From contig CAVPVR010000009.1 of the NCBI GenBank assembly GCA_963709285.1, positions 201,063 to 265,062 of the forward strand: a stretch of 64,000 nt of DNA. Reading direction: 5' to 3'. A model generated the notes under the pieces. The model saw only the letters and a program-made list of their open reading frames with translations, was not told where the DNA came from and searched no databases. The stretch is from an uncultured delta proteobacterium (GTDB lineage: Bacteria; Desulfobacterota; Desulfobaccia; Desulfobaccales; 0-14-0-80-60-11). The position numbers and the translations under genes were made by a program. Shown here piece by piece: positions 49,779 through 59,038 of this stretch; the stretch's first letter is position 1; each line of letters starts with the position of its first letter.

Positions 49779-52700
49779 ATGGCCCAGAAAAAATCACCCC
49801 CACCAAAGACCCGCCAGGGAAAGAAACCTCAGAAAAAGACCATCGAGCCACGCCAGGAAAATCGCCGATCCTTCCCTGTCGTCGGCATCGGCGCTTCTGC
49901 CGGGGGCCTGGAGCCTCTGGAAGCCTTTTTCGCCAACATGCCCACTGATAGGCCGCCAGCCGAAGACATGGCTTTTGTGGTCATTCAGCATTTAAGCCCC
50001 AAACACAAAAGCATCATTGGGGAAATCCTCAAAAAAGACACTGAGATGCCCATCAAGGAAATTGGGGACGGCATGGAACTGGAGCCCCATACCATCTATT
50101 TCAACCCGCCTGCCAGAGATGTGGGCATCTACCGGGGGGTGTTTCATCTGGTGGAGCCCTCCGAGGCCCGTCACGTCCGCATGCCCATCGACTTCTTTTT
50201 CCGGTCGTTGGCCCAGGACCTGGAAGAGAAGGCCATCTGTATCGTACTCTCCGGCACCGGCAGCGACGGCACCCTGGGGCTGGAGGCTGTCAAAGGCTCG
50301 GGCGGCATGACCATGGCCCAGGCAGAGGAGCAGGCCAAGTACCCGTTCATGCCCCGGAGCGCCATCGACACCGGCCTGGTGGACTTTGTCCTGCCCGTGG
50401 AGCAGATGCCTGAAGAGCTCATCCGCTACTTGCAACACCCCTATCTCCTGGGCCAGGAAAAAAAGCTCCCCGCGGACAAGCACTATCAGAGCTTTCTGCA
50501 TAAGATCCTCATGCTGGTGCGGGCCAGTACCAAGCACGATTTCAGTCATTACAAACAAACCACTATCCGCCGGCGCATTGGCCGCCGTATGGCGGTCCAC
50601 AAGATCGAGGACATCGCCGCCTACTTTCGCTATCTCCAGCAAAATCCCTCAGAGATCCAGACCCTTTTTAAAGACCTGGTCATCTGCGTCACCAGCTTCT
50701 TCCGGGACCCCGAGGCCTTCAAGGCTCTGGAAACCAAGGTGATCCCCAATATCCTGGCCCACAAATCCCTAAACCAGCCTCTTCGGGTCTGGGTGCCCGG
50801 TTGCGGCACCGGAGAAGAGGCCCTGTCCATCGCTATCCTCTTTCAGGAGGCCATGGAAAAGACCGGCAAACACCTTAATGTGCAAATTTTTGCCACGGAT
50901 ATCGACACGGATGCCATCGACAAGGCCCGCCTGGGCGAATACCCGGAAAGCATTGCCGCGGACATCAACCCCGAGCGCCTGAAAAGATCCTTCGTTAGAA
51001 AGGACGGCCGTTACAAAATCAGGCAGGAAATCCGGGAAATGGTAGTGTATGCCGCGCAAAATGTCATCGGTGACCCGCCCTTCTCCCGCCTGGACCTCAT
51101 CAGTTGCCGGAACGTCCTCATTTACTTCGATAATGATTTGCAAAAACAGATCCTGCCCTTATTCCACTTCACCTTAAACCCCAATGGATTTCTTTTTTTG
51201 GGCTCTTCCGAGACCATCGGCGGCGCTGCGGACCTGTTTGCCACGGTGGACTCGAAATGCAAGATTTTCCAGCGCAAGGGCCCGGTGCACCGCCGTTTAT
51301 CGGAATACCCCGCCATGACGCTACCTGCGGCCGTGGTCCGGCCTTACCACAAAGAGGAGTCTCCCCGGGAAGTCAACGTTCGCACCCTCATGGAGAGAAT
51401 CGTTTTAGAAGAATATGCGCCCCCTACCATCCTCATCAACAACCGCTACGACGTGCTCTATCTTCAGGGGAACACTGACAAATTTCTAGGCATGCCCAAA
51501 GGGGAACCCAGCTACAATCTCTTTAATCTGGCCCACGAAGACCTGCGTCCCAAGCTGCTCACCGTCCTGCACCAGGCCGTAAGCGAAAAAAGGGCGATCA
51601 AGACCGAGTCTATTCCCTTCCGGCAGCCCGAGGGGAGAATAGGGTACCTGGATTTGATTGTGCGGCCCCTGGGCACGCCAGGTACGGCCAACCTTTTTCT
51701 TGTGGTGTTTGAGGAATTGCCCCTCCCCCAGCCACCCCAAACCACCAAGGGCAAAGGCAAAGCCCAGGCCTTGCCGGAGGAGGAGTCCCGAGTCGCCATT
51801 TTGGAACACGAACTCCAGGCCACCAAGGAATACCTCCAGACTACGGTGGAGGAGCTGGAGGCCAGTAACGAAGAGCTCAAGTCCACCAATGAAGAACTTC
51901 AATCCACCAACGAGGAATTGCAAAGCACCAATGAAGAACTGGAGACCGCCAAGGAAGAGCTCCAGTCCACCAACGAGGAACTGGTGACGGTGAATTCCGA
52001 GCTGAACAACAAGATTGAAGAGCTCATCGAGGTCAACAATGACATCAACAACCTGCTGGCCAGCACCGAGATTGGCACCCTCTTCCTGGACCGCAACCTG
52101 CTCATCAAACGCTTCACGCCGGCCGCCACCAAGCTCTTCAACCTGATCCCTGCTGACGTGGGCCGTTCCATCAAGGACATCGCCCCCAAGACGGAATATG
52201 AAAATCTGTGGGAGGACGCTGAACAGGTGCTGCAAACCCTGCAGGTCAAGGAAATGGAGGTGAAGAGTATATCGGGGGAAACTTATGTCGCCCGCCTCTT
52301 GCCCTACCGCATTCGGGAAAATGTCATCGACGGGGTGGTGCTCACCTTTATCAACATATCGGTCCAGCACCTCCTGAGCATGGCCAAGGATTTCGCCGAA
52401 AGCATCGTGGACACCGTGCGGGATCCCCTCTTGGTCCTGGACGGCGATTTGAAGGTGATCTCAGCCAACCAGACCTTTTACCAGACGTTCCACCACGCCA
52501 AGCAAGAAACGGAAAACCAGCATATTTACAAGCTGGGGGACAGCCAGTGGGACATCCCCAAGCTGAAGGAGCTCCTGGAGGAGATCATTCCCCAGAACAC
52601 TTCATTCAAAGATTTTGAGGTGGAGCATGACTTTCCCAAGCTCGGCCATAAGACCATGCTCCTGAATGCCCGCCGCCTCCCGGCTGCGGGCAAGCGTCCC

Positions 52701-52817
52701 AGCATGATTCTCCTGGCCATCGAGGACGTTACGGACACCAAGAAAAAAGAACGTCAATATCAGGAAACCATCGCCCGGCTGGAAAAGCAGCTGGAGAAGT
52801 TGAAGGGCAGGAAATAA
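49779..52817 (+). CDS. CheB-methylesterase / CheR-methyltransferase fusion with coiled coil and C-terminal PAS domains
   Basis: 1012 aa. VVGIGASAGGLEPLEAFF and LSGTGSDGTLG (CheB-like). RVWVPGCGTGEEALSIAI and CRNVLIYF (CheR-like). STNEELQ heptad repeats. PAS-like C-terminus. Confidence 0.88.
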   Translation: MAQKKSPPPKTRQGKKPQKKTIEPRQENRRSFPVVGIGASAGGLEPLEAFFANMPTDRPPAEDMAFVVIQHLSPKHKSIIGEILKKDTEMPIKEIGDGMELEPHTIYFNPPARDVGIYRGVFHLVEPSEARHVRMPIDFFFRSLAQDLEEKAICIVLSGTGSDGTLGLEAVKGSGGMTMAQAEEQAKYPFMPRSAIDTGLVDFVLPVEQMPEELIRYLQHPYLLGQEKKLPADKHYQSFLHKILMLVRASTKHDFSHYKQTTIRRRIGRRMAVHKIEDIAAYFRYLQQNPSEIQTLFKDLVICVTSFFRDPEAFKALETKVIPNILAHKSLNQPLRVWVPGCGTGEEALSIAILFQEAMEKTGKHLNVQIFATDIDTDAIDKARLGEYPESIAADINPERLKRSFVRKDGRYKIRQEIREMVVYAAQNVIGDPPFSRLDLISCRNVLIYFDNDLQKQILPLFHFTLNPNGFLFLGSSETIGGAADLFATVDSKCKIFQRKGPVHRRLSEYPAMTLPAAVVRPYHKEESPREVNVRTLMERIVLEEYAPPTILINNRYDVLYLQGNTDKFLGMPKGEPSYNLFNLAHEDLRPKLLTVLHQAVSEKRAIKTESIPFRQPEGRIGYLDLIVRPLGTPGTANLFLVVFEELPLPQPPQTTKGKGKAQALPEEESRVAILEHELQATKEYLQTTVEELEASNEELKSTNEELQSTNEELQSTNEELETAKEELQSTNEELVTVNSELNNKIEELIEVNNDINNLLASTEIGTLFLDRNLLIKRFTPAATKLFNLIPADVGRSIKDIAPKTEYENLWEDAEQVLQTLQVKEMEVKSISGETYVARLLPYRIRENVIDGVVLTFINISVQHLLSMAKDFAESIVDTVRDPLLVLDGDLKVISANQTFYQTFHHAKQETENQHIYKLGDSQWDIPKLKELLEEIIPQNTSFKDFEVEHDFPKLGHKTMLLNARRLPAAGKRPSMILLAIEDVTDTKKKERQYQETIARLEKQLEKLKGRK
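51861..51986 (+). repeat. Six tandem 21-nt units encoding the heptad [ST][TN][NK]EEL[QKE] coiled coil
   Basis: ASNEELK STNEELQ STNEELQ STNEELE TAKEELQ STNEELV. This is a coding repeat inside the CheB-CheR gene. Confidence 0.9.
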
Positions 52818-52873
52818 CAAACGGCAAGAAACATAAAGAACGACGTGTAATTCTAAAATTCAGGTACTTTATT

Positions 52874-52935
52874 GTCATTCTGAGGGAGCTAAGCGACCGA
52901 AGCATCTAGACCCTTCGCTGCGCTCAGGGTGACAA
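52874..52935. repeat. Hairpin element related to MITE family A core (variant)
   Basis: GTCATTCTGAGGGAGCTAAGCGACCGAAGCATCTAGACCCTTCGCTGCGCTCAGGGTGAC. Confidence 0.75.
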
Positions 52936-52974
52936 GAAAAACGGTTTTGAAATAATTTGTAGCAGGACAGACCC

Positions 52975-55524
52975 ATGACCGACCCCAAGGACTTTCCCCC
53001 CGAGTTTACTGACCTGCGCCGGCAGGCCGAAGGACGGCTCGAAGCGGAGACCATCATCCCGGAAGACCTCTCTCCTACCGAGGCCGCCCGACTCATTCAC
53101 GAACTCCGGGTGCACCAGATCGAACTGGAGTTGCAAAATGAAGAACTCCGGCAGGCCCAGGCCCACCTGGCCGAATCCCGGGATAAGTACGCCGACCTGT
53201 ATGACTTCTCGCCGGTGGGCTACCTCACTTTGGACGAAGGCGGCAAGATCGTGGAGGCCAACCTTACCGCCACGACTTTCTTGGGGGTGGAGCGCAGCCG
53301 CCTCCTGGGCCGCCTCTTTCCCCTGTTACTGGTGGAATGGGACCGTCGGGTCTTTCGTCAGTTACTGAACAACGGCTTTAATCAGGGGGAGCGGCGGGGA
53401 GAGTTCCATCTCCAGGACGGCAACGGGGATATGCGAACCATGCTCCTGGACATTCTCTTTCTCTGGGACGCGGAGGGCCGGGAGCGGCGCCGCCTTGCCA
53501 TGACCGACATCACCGAGCTCAAGCGAGCTCAGGAGGAATTGCGGCTTCACAAGGAAGACTTGGAGGAGACGGTGGCCGAGAGGACCTCAGAACTGCTTCA
53601 GGTCAATGAGCAGCTCCGGGAGGTCAACGAAAAGCTCGAGGCCCTGTTCCAGGCCGCTCCCCTGGCCATAGGGGAGTTTGACGCCCAGGGCCGGATAGTG
53701 AACATCAATCCGGCCTCAGAGCGCATCTTCGGCTGGCCCCTGGAAGAAGTCCAGGGCCGCCTGCCCCCTTCCATCCCCCCGGAGGATGCGGAGGAGTCTC
53801 TGAAGGTTTTGCAGCAGGTGCTCCAGGGGAAAGCCTTCATCGGTGTCGAACTCAGGGCTCAGCGGCAGGACGGCACCCTCTTCGACCTCAGCTTCTCGGC
53901 GGCCCCCCGGCATGACCAGGAGGGGAATATCCAGGGCTTCATCGGCGTGGCCGAAGATATCACGCGCCGCAAACAGGCCGAAGAGGCCCTGAAGACCCAG
54001 GCCAGAGTATTAGAGAGCATGGCCGAAGGGGTCAGCGTCACCGACCACCATGGCAATATCCTCCATACCAACCCGGCCTTTGACACCATGTTCGGCTATG
54101 AACCGGGGGAGCTGCTGGGCCGGCACAGCGGCATATTGAATGCCTATCCCCCGGTAGAAAACTTCGGCATCGTCAAAGACATTCTCCACCAGGTGAACAC
54201 CAGGGGGGCCTGGTTCGGGGAGTTTCACAATTGTAAAAAAGACGGCACCTACTTTTTCACTGCAGCCCGCATCAGCGCTCTAGAAGTGGGCGGCAAAAAG
54301 CTCTTCATTTCCGTGCAGGAGGACATCACCGAGCGCAAGCGGGCCGAGGAGGAGCTGGCCCGGCAAAGGGAGCTTTTACAAGGGATCATCGACAACATCC
54401 CGGTTATGCTGGCGATCTATGACCCAAATCTGAAAGCTTTCCGCTGCAATCAGGAATTTCGTAAGGTGCTTGGCTGGTCGGAGGAAGACATGCTCGTGGA
54501 GGATCCCATGGAGCTGTTCTACCCCGATCCACAGTACCGGGAGCAGGTGCGGGAATACATGCAGTCCCTGGAGCCGGGATGGCGGGATTTCCAGGTGAGC
54601 GCCAAAGATGGCAGCAGCATAGAGAGCACCTGGGCCAACATCCGCCTCACTGACGACACGCAAATCGGCATCGGCATCGACATCCGAGAGCGAAAACAAG
54701 CCGAGGAGGCCCTGCACCGGGCCCACCATGAGCTGGAGGACCGGGTGGCGGAGCGCACCGCGGCCCTGAGATTGGCCAACGAGCAATTGCTCTGGGAGAT
54801 GACGGAGCGGCAGGAAGCTGAGAACAGGCTGCGGGAGAGCGAGAGGAAGCTGCGCTACCTGGCTGAACAACTCCTCACTGCCCAGGAGGACGAGCGCAAG
54901 CGGCTGGCCGCGGAACTGCATGATGAGATGGGTCATGCCCTCTTGACCTTGAAACTCACCTTGAGTACCATAGCCAAGGAACTGCTGCCGGAGCAGGAGA
55001 GCATCAAGCAGGAGATCCGCGATAAACTTGCCTACATCAATGAAGTGATTGAGGAAGTTCGGCGTCTGTATCACTATCTGGTTCCGGGCGACGTGGAGGA
55101 TTTAGGTCTGACGAAAGCCCTTCACAACTTGATCGAAGATTTTGCCCTATATCAACACCTGGTATCCTGGAAAGTGGACCTGCCTGACCTCGACCGGCTT
55201 TTTTCCCCGCCGGTGCAAACCATCATTTACCGAATTATCCAGGAAGCCTTGACGAACATCGGCAAACATGCAAATCCTTCAAACGTAACCGTTGCCGCCA
55301 AGAGAGCGGAGCATCAGATGAACTTCACCGTTCATGACAACGGCAAGGGCTTCAATGTGGAAGAGGTGCTGGACCTGCGCAGCTCTGCCCAGGGATTAGG
55401 GCTGGCAGCCATGGAGGAGCGCCTGAATATGGTGGGGGGCTCTTTTACCGTTTGGAGCCGGGAAGGAGAAGGCACCAAGCTCTCTATCGCCATTCCCACG
55501 TTGCCGGAGGAAGAAAGAGCGTGA
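52975..55524 (+). CDS. Multi-PAS sensor histidine kinase, HisKA_3 (NarX/LiaS-like) type
   Basis: 849 aa. At least four PAS/PAC segments separated by coiled coils. H-box RLAAELHDEMGHALLTLKL. ATPase motifs QEALTNIGKHA, DNGKGF and GLGLAAMEERL. Confidence 0.9.
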   Translation: MTDPKDFPPEFTDLRRQAEGRLEAETIIPEDLSPTEAARLIHELRVHQIELELQNEELRQAQAHLAESRDKYADLYDFSPVGYLTLDEGGKIVEANLTATTFLGVERSRLLGRLFPLLLVEWDRRVFRQLLNNGFNQGERRGEFHLQDGNGDMRTMLLDILFLWDAEGRERRRLAMTDITELKRAQEELRLHKEDLEETVAERTSELLQVNEQLREVNEKLEALFQAAPLAIGEFDAQGRIVNINPASERIFGWPLEEVQGRLPPSIPPEDAEESLKVLQQVLQGKAFIGVELRAQRQDGTLFDLSFSAAPRHDQEGNIQGFIGVAEDITRRKQAEEALKTQARVLESMAEGVSVTDHHGNILHTNPAFDTMFGYEPGELLGRHSGILNAYPPVENFGIVKDILHQVNTRGAWFGEFHNCKKDGTYFFTAARISALEVGGKKLFISVQEDITERKRAEEELARQRELLQGIIDNIPVMLAIYDPNLKAFRCNQEFRKVLGWSEEDMLVEDPMELFYPDPQYREQVREYMQSLEPGWRDFQVSAKDGSSIESTWANIRLTDDTQIGIGIDIRERKQAEEALHRAHHELEDRVAERTAALRLANEQLLWEMTERQEAENRLRESERKLRYLAEQLLTAQEDERKRLAAELHDEMGHALLTLKLTLSTIAKELLPEQESIKQEIRDKLAYINEVIEEVRRLYHYLVPGDVEDLGLTKALHNLIEDFALYQHLVSWKVDLPDLDRLFSPPVQTIIYRIIQEALTNIGKHANPSNVTVAAKRAEHQMNFTVHDNGKGFNVEEVLDLRSSAQGLGLAAMEERLNMVGGSFTVWSREGEGTKLSIAIPTLPEEERA

Positions 55525-56159
55525 CACCTTATACTATTGTGCTGGCCGACGATCACGCGTTATTCCGACAAGGGGTTAAAAAAATTATTGAAGAAGTGGA
55601 CGGTCTGCAGGTGGTGGGAGAGGCCAAAGACGGCCTCGAACTCCTGGAGCTTCTGAAAGAAGTGAACCCTGCCCTGGTCATCCTCGATATCTCCATGCCC
55701 AACCTGCGGGGCCTGGAAGCAGCCCGGGAAATTAAGGGGCGCTATCCCCAAATCAAGATCCTCCTCCTCACCATGCACAAGAAGAAAGATTTCCTCCAGC
55801 AAGGCGTCGAGGCCGGAGTTGATGGCTTTCTGGTGAAAGAAGACGCAGATATTGAACTTTTGCAAGCCGTCCAGGCCATTAGGAACGGGGGAAAATTCTA
55901 CTCACCTCTCCTTTCCACCAGACTGGCGGACCTGGCTCTCTCTAAGGGGCAAACCGATCCTCTCACCAAGCGGGAAAAAGAGATCGCCAAGCTCCTGGCT
56001 GAAGGAAAAAGCAGCAAAGAGATTGCCCGACTCTTGTACATCAGCATTTATACGGTGCGCCGGCACCGGGACAACATCATGAGAAAATTGGAACTCAAGG
56101 GCCTGGCAGATCTGGTGCGCTACGCCATGGAACAAGGATATACCTCAGGCAACCCCTGA
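55521..56159 (+). CDS. NarL/FixJ (LuxR-type HTH) response regulator
   Basis: GTG 55521 overlaps the kinase stop (GTGA). IVLADDHALFRQG, LVILDISMPNLRG and LTMH. C-terminal LTKREKEIAKLLAEGKSSKEIARLLYISIYTVRRHRDNIMRKL. Confidence 0.9.
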   Translation: MTPYTIVLADDHALFRQGVKKIIEEVDGLQVVGEAKDGLELLELLKEVNPALVILDISMPNLRGLEAAREIKGRYPQIKILLLTMHKKKDFLQQGVEAGVDGFLVKEDADIELLQAVQAIRNGGKFYSPLLSTRLADLALSKGQTDPLTKREKEIAKLLAEGKSSKEIARLLYISIYTVRRHRDNIMRKLELKGLADLVRYAMEQGYTSGNP

Positions 56160-56193
56160 TTACTCCCCGCCGTTTTGGTCAAATAGTCACATT

Positions 56194-56213
56194 TGACCAT
56201 CTCCAAATGGTCA
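56194..56213 (+). promoter_or_regulatory. 20-bp palindromic operator TGACCA-N8-TGGTCA, copy C
   Basis: TGACCATCTCCAAATGGTCA, then 10 nt, then TAGACT (56224-56229). Additional GGTCA/AGTCA half-sites lie just upstream (56177-56190). It sits 35 nt after the LuxR-type regulator stop. Confidence 0.7.
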
Positions 56214-56381
56214 CCTCTGAGCATAGACTCTCCCGTTAACCTGATGGAAAATAGCGCCACCTCGTAAGGTCACTCCTGAAAAGGAGAGGCCCCCTGCCTT
56301 TGACCCTTACCTGCAAAGGGAAGGGGAAAATCCCGCAGGATAATTTGTTACTGGTTTTTGAACAGGATGTGGAGGGGTGCC

Positions 56382-57470
56382 ATGCTAGCGGAAGAAATCC
56401 TCATGGTCAATGACAGTTCACTGCTCCTCAAGATGATGGGGGGCCTGTTAGAAAGCAAGGGCTACCACATCGACCTGACTGATTCCCCCGAGGAAGCCTT
56501 GGAGATGCTGAGCACCAAGCATTTCATGCTGGTGGTGATGAAACTGAATGGCCAGCAAACTGACCGCCTGGCAGTGATGCACATGGTCAAAGAGTTGAAT
56601 GGCGGGACCAAGCTGATCATCATGGGGGAGTCGACGTACCTGCCCGCGGAAATCTTTGAAATCGAGGCGGATGATTATATTCTCCTGCCGTGCCGCATTG
56701 CGGATATCTGGCGGCGTCTACTCTCAACCCTGGAAGCGGCTCCCTCCAAACCGGTATTGTCCCGGGAAGACGGCCTGACTCATCCGGTGAACCGGCGAGT
56801 CATCAACAATCTGGGACTCATGTTCCATGACATACGAGGCCTTCTCACCTCCATCAGCGAGGGCCTGAAAATCCTGCACCACAGAACCTACGGGAGGCTG
56901 GAAAGCGAGGTGGAGACGATTTTCCAGGAAACCTTTCGAAGAAGCCGCACCTTGATCAGTATGGCCGAGGAATTCTTGCAAAAGTTTCAGATCCAGAATG
57001 CCGTTCCGTCATCAACGAACCTCATGGATCTCCAAGAGGATGTGGTGGGTCCAATCCTGGAGGAGCTCAAGGATGATTTACGAAGAAACTGCATCACCCT
57101 GGATAATCGGCTTTCCTTGCTGCCGCCGAAGAAACAAATTATCCGGGGAGACCGGGTAGCCTTGAAAAGCGTCTTCCGCAACCTTCTACATAACGCCATA
57201 ACTTACGGGGATCACCGTTGCACCATTTCCATTGATATGGATGAAGCCCCCACGCATTTTCGGCTCCAGGTGCAAAATACCGGGGCTCATTTCCCCCCGG
57301 GTCGGCGGGCCATGCTTTTTGCTGGCCTGAAGCGGGCTCGAGGTGATGGCCAGGGAATGGGTCTGGGTCTCTATCTCGGGAGAGAAATTATGAGATGTCA
57401 TGGAGGGGATATCTCTTTCGAGACCGGCCAACAGGGCCCGAATTTTATCATTACCCTGCCCCGAGCCTAA
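56382..57470 (+). CDS. Histidine kinase with N-terminal degenerate (pseudo-)receiver domain
   Basis: The ORF opens at TTG 56358; ATG 56382 follows GGAGGGG. It has a receiver-like fold, but the acceptor position reads VVMKLNG (Lys, not Asp) and KP is replaced by LP. H-box MFHDIRGLLTSI, N-box FRNLLHNAITYG and G2 GQGMGLGLYLGREI. Confidence 0.8.
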   Translation: MLAEEILMVNDSSLLLKMMGGLLESKGYHIDLTDSPEEALEMLSTKHFMLVVMKLNGQQTDRLAVMHMVKELNGGTKLIIMGESTYLPAEIFEIEADDYILLPCRIADIWRRLLSTLEAAPSKPVLSREDGLTHPVNRRVINNLGLMFHDIRGLLTSISEGLKILHHRTYGRLESEVETIFQETFRRSRTLISMAEEFLQKFQIQNAVPSSTNLMDLQEDVVGPILEELKDDLRRNCITLDNRLSLLPPKKQIIRGDRVALKSVFRNLLHNAITYGDHRCTISIDMDEAPTHFRLQVQNTGAHFPPGRRAMLFAGLKRARGDGQGMGLGLYLGREIMRCHGGDISFETGQQGPNFIITLPRA

Positions 57471-57529
57471 TCATGGTGGCATAAAAATGGCCTGCCTGGG
57501 TGGCCTGCCGCCATGGACCGATCGAAGTG

Positions 57530-58306
57530 ATGGCCGATTTTCCAATTCCACTGAGCTTCATTCTCAGTGAATCCATGGAGAAAGTGGTGAGTATCTCTGA
57601 AAAGCCGACAGCATTGACCAAATACTTTCAGACAAAACTGGCAGTGGTTGAGGTAAAAGACGGGGAAACCCAGGAAGAGGCCTGGCGACGCCACCTGACC
57701 TCCATCCCGAACTATGCCAACGCCCACATAAAAAATTTTCATTATCCGGCTAAAGATTCCCTGAATAAGGCGAAGGGCCATCCGGAGTCTTTCTATTCAG
57801 GTAACGAGGAGAAAAAAGTTATGCTTGAGGACTTGATCAAGAAAGTGCAGGGAGGTTACCAGATAGACGGCCTAGACTTGCTGCGAGCCAACTGTGGTTG
57901 CGGCGGTTTGACCGGCCCGGGTGGTTATGGGGTAGGGGACTGCTGCCAGACCTACTCCACCGTGAGACAAGAGAACCACACGGTGGCTTTTTTTGCCAAG
58001 GCCACCACTCCCAGCACTAAAAATAACTACGAGTGGGGCTACCGGGTCAAAAAGGGACCGGTGGAAGTGGACGTGCTGGTCTATGATACCCGGAATCCCA
58101 AGGAGTTTACCTTTGGGGGAAAATATCCCCCTCCCGTTTCTGAGTGGCAAGCTCGCGGTTGGGAAATCCTGTCCCAGTTTGAAAGACCACTGGCAGGGAC
58201 CGGGGTGAAATTGCCTGAATGGTGCCAGAGTCCGGTGGATGCCTGCGTCCGTCCGGATAAAGGCCTGGAATCACCTCACGGGGATCTGCACCGCAAGGGA
58301 AGGTAA
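57530..58306 (+). CDS. Hypothetical protein with a Cys cluster, no recognisable family
   Basis: The ORF opens at GTG 57500; ATG candidates at 57530 and 57575. Contains NCGCGGLTGPGGYGVGDCCQTYS and a later C..C pair (WCQSPVDAC). Directly downstream of the pseudo-receiver kinase. Confidence 0.55.
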   Translation: MADFPIPLSFILSESMEKVVSISEKPTALTKYFQTKLAVVEVKDGETQEEAWRRHLTSIPNYANAHIKNFHYPAKDSLNKAKGHPESFYSGNEEKKVMLEDLIKKVQGGYQIDGLDLLRANCGCGGLTGPGGYGVGDCCQTYSTVRQENHTVAFFAKATTPSTKNNYEWGYRVKKGPVEVDVLVYDTRNPKEFTFGGKYPPPVSEWQARGWEILSQFERPLAGTGVKLPEWCQSPVDACVRPDKGLESPHGDLHRKGR

Positions 58307-59038
58307 ACTCGGTAGTAAACCTCGGTCGGTTCAGAGTTGGAGAGAACCGTCAACCACCAGAGCTGAAAAAATGCATTCTGGAAATCTAGAAACCGAACAC
58401 TAGGCCAAATGCAGAGAAATCTCCAAGCGGGTCCTTTGGAATATCGACCAAGATGTCATCCGGAGGCGGTAGGTCGATTTTTCCCCAAAATTCTTCCCCG
58501 ACGGTATCTCCCAAATCGACAAGCTTAATGGCCGTCAGCTTCGGCGCAAAAGGACGAGCGGCATATTCCGCCGCAGGGTGGAATAAAATATGGAGAATAG
58601 CTGCTATTCTTAGTAACTTTCAAGCCGCTGAAAATTCCACTTATCCATGAAATATCAACACCTTTTGGTCAAGCTATCTCCCGGTGATGCCCCCAGCCAT
58701 TCCTCAAGTCTTCTCTCCCTGCACCTACAATTTCCACCACCCTAGCCCGGATAATTCTCTTGGTTGTCAAAAGCTCGGTGGCATAGGCTTTCCAGCCTGT
58801 GCAAAAAACAGTCGGTTTTTTCGGGCTGGCCAATTATTCTAAATATTTCATCACGTTGTCTTACATTTTTAACAATTCATGAATAAAGCGGGCTAGGTAA
58901 TAAAGCCAGAGGTGCTCGGCCCGGTCCCTCCTCGAAATAAAAAAAGTTACCGCAGACTGGGGAAATTTATATAATGAGCTATCCTCTGTGTTTCCTAATT
59001 TGGATAAAAATGAGTGGATTTGTCCGTCTGTTGAATAA

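Noticed and set aside
51861-51986. The 21-nt tandem repeat as a possible non-coding or contingency locus.
   Set aside because: It is in frame and encodes the STNEELQ heptad coiled coil characteristic of CheB-CheR-PAS fusion proteins. Synonymous variation between units indicates selection at the protein level.
58389-58619. A minus-strand stop-to-stop frame of 77 codons (...AAEYAARPFAPKLTAIKLVDLGDTVGEEFWGKIDLPPPDDILVDIPKDPLGDFSAFGLVFGF) that looks protein-like.
   Set aside because: It has no ATG, GTG or TTG start near its 5-prime end and no recognisable family. It may be a gene remnant, but I cannot support a call. The plus-strand ORF 58453..58650 looks like its shadow.
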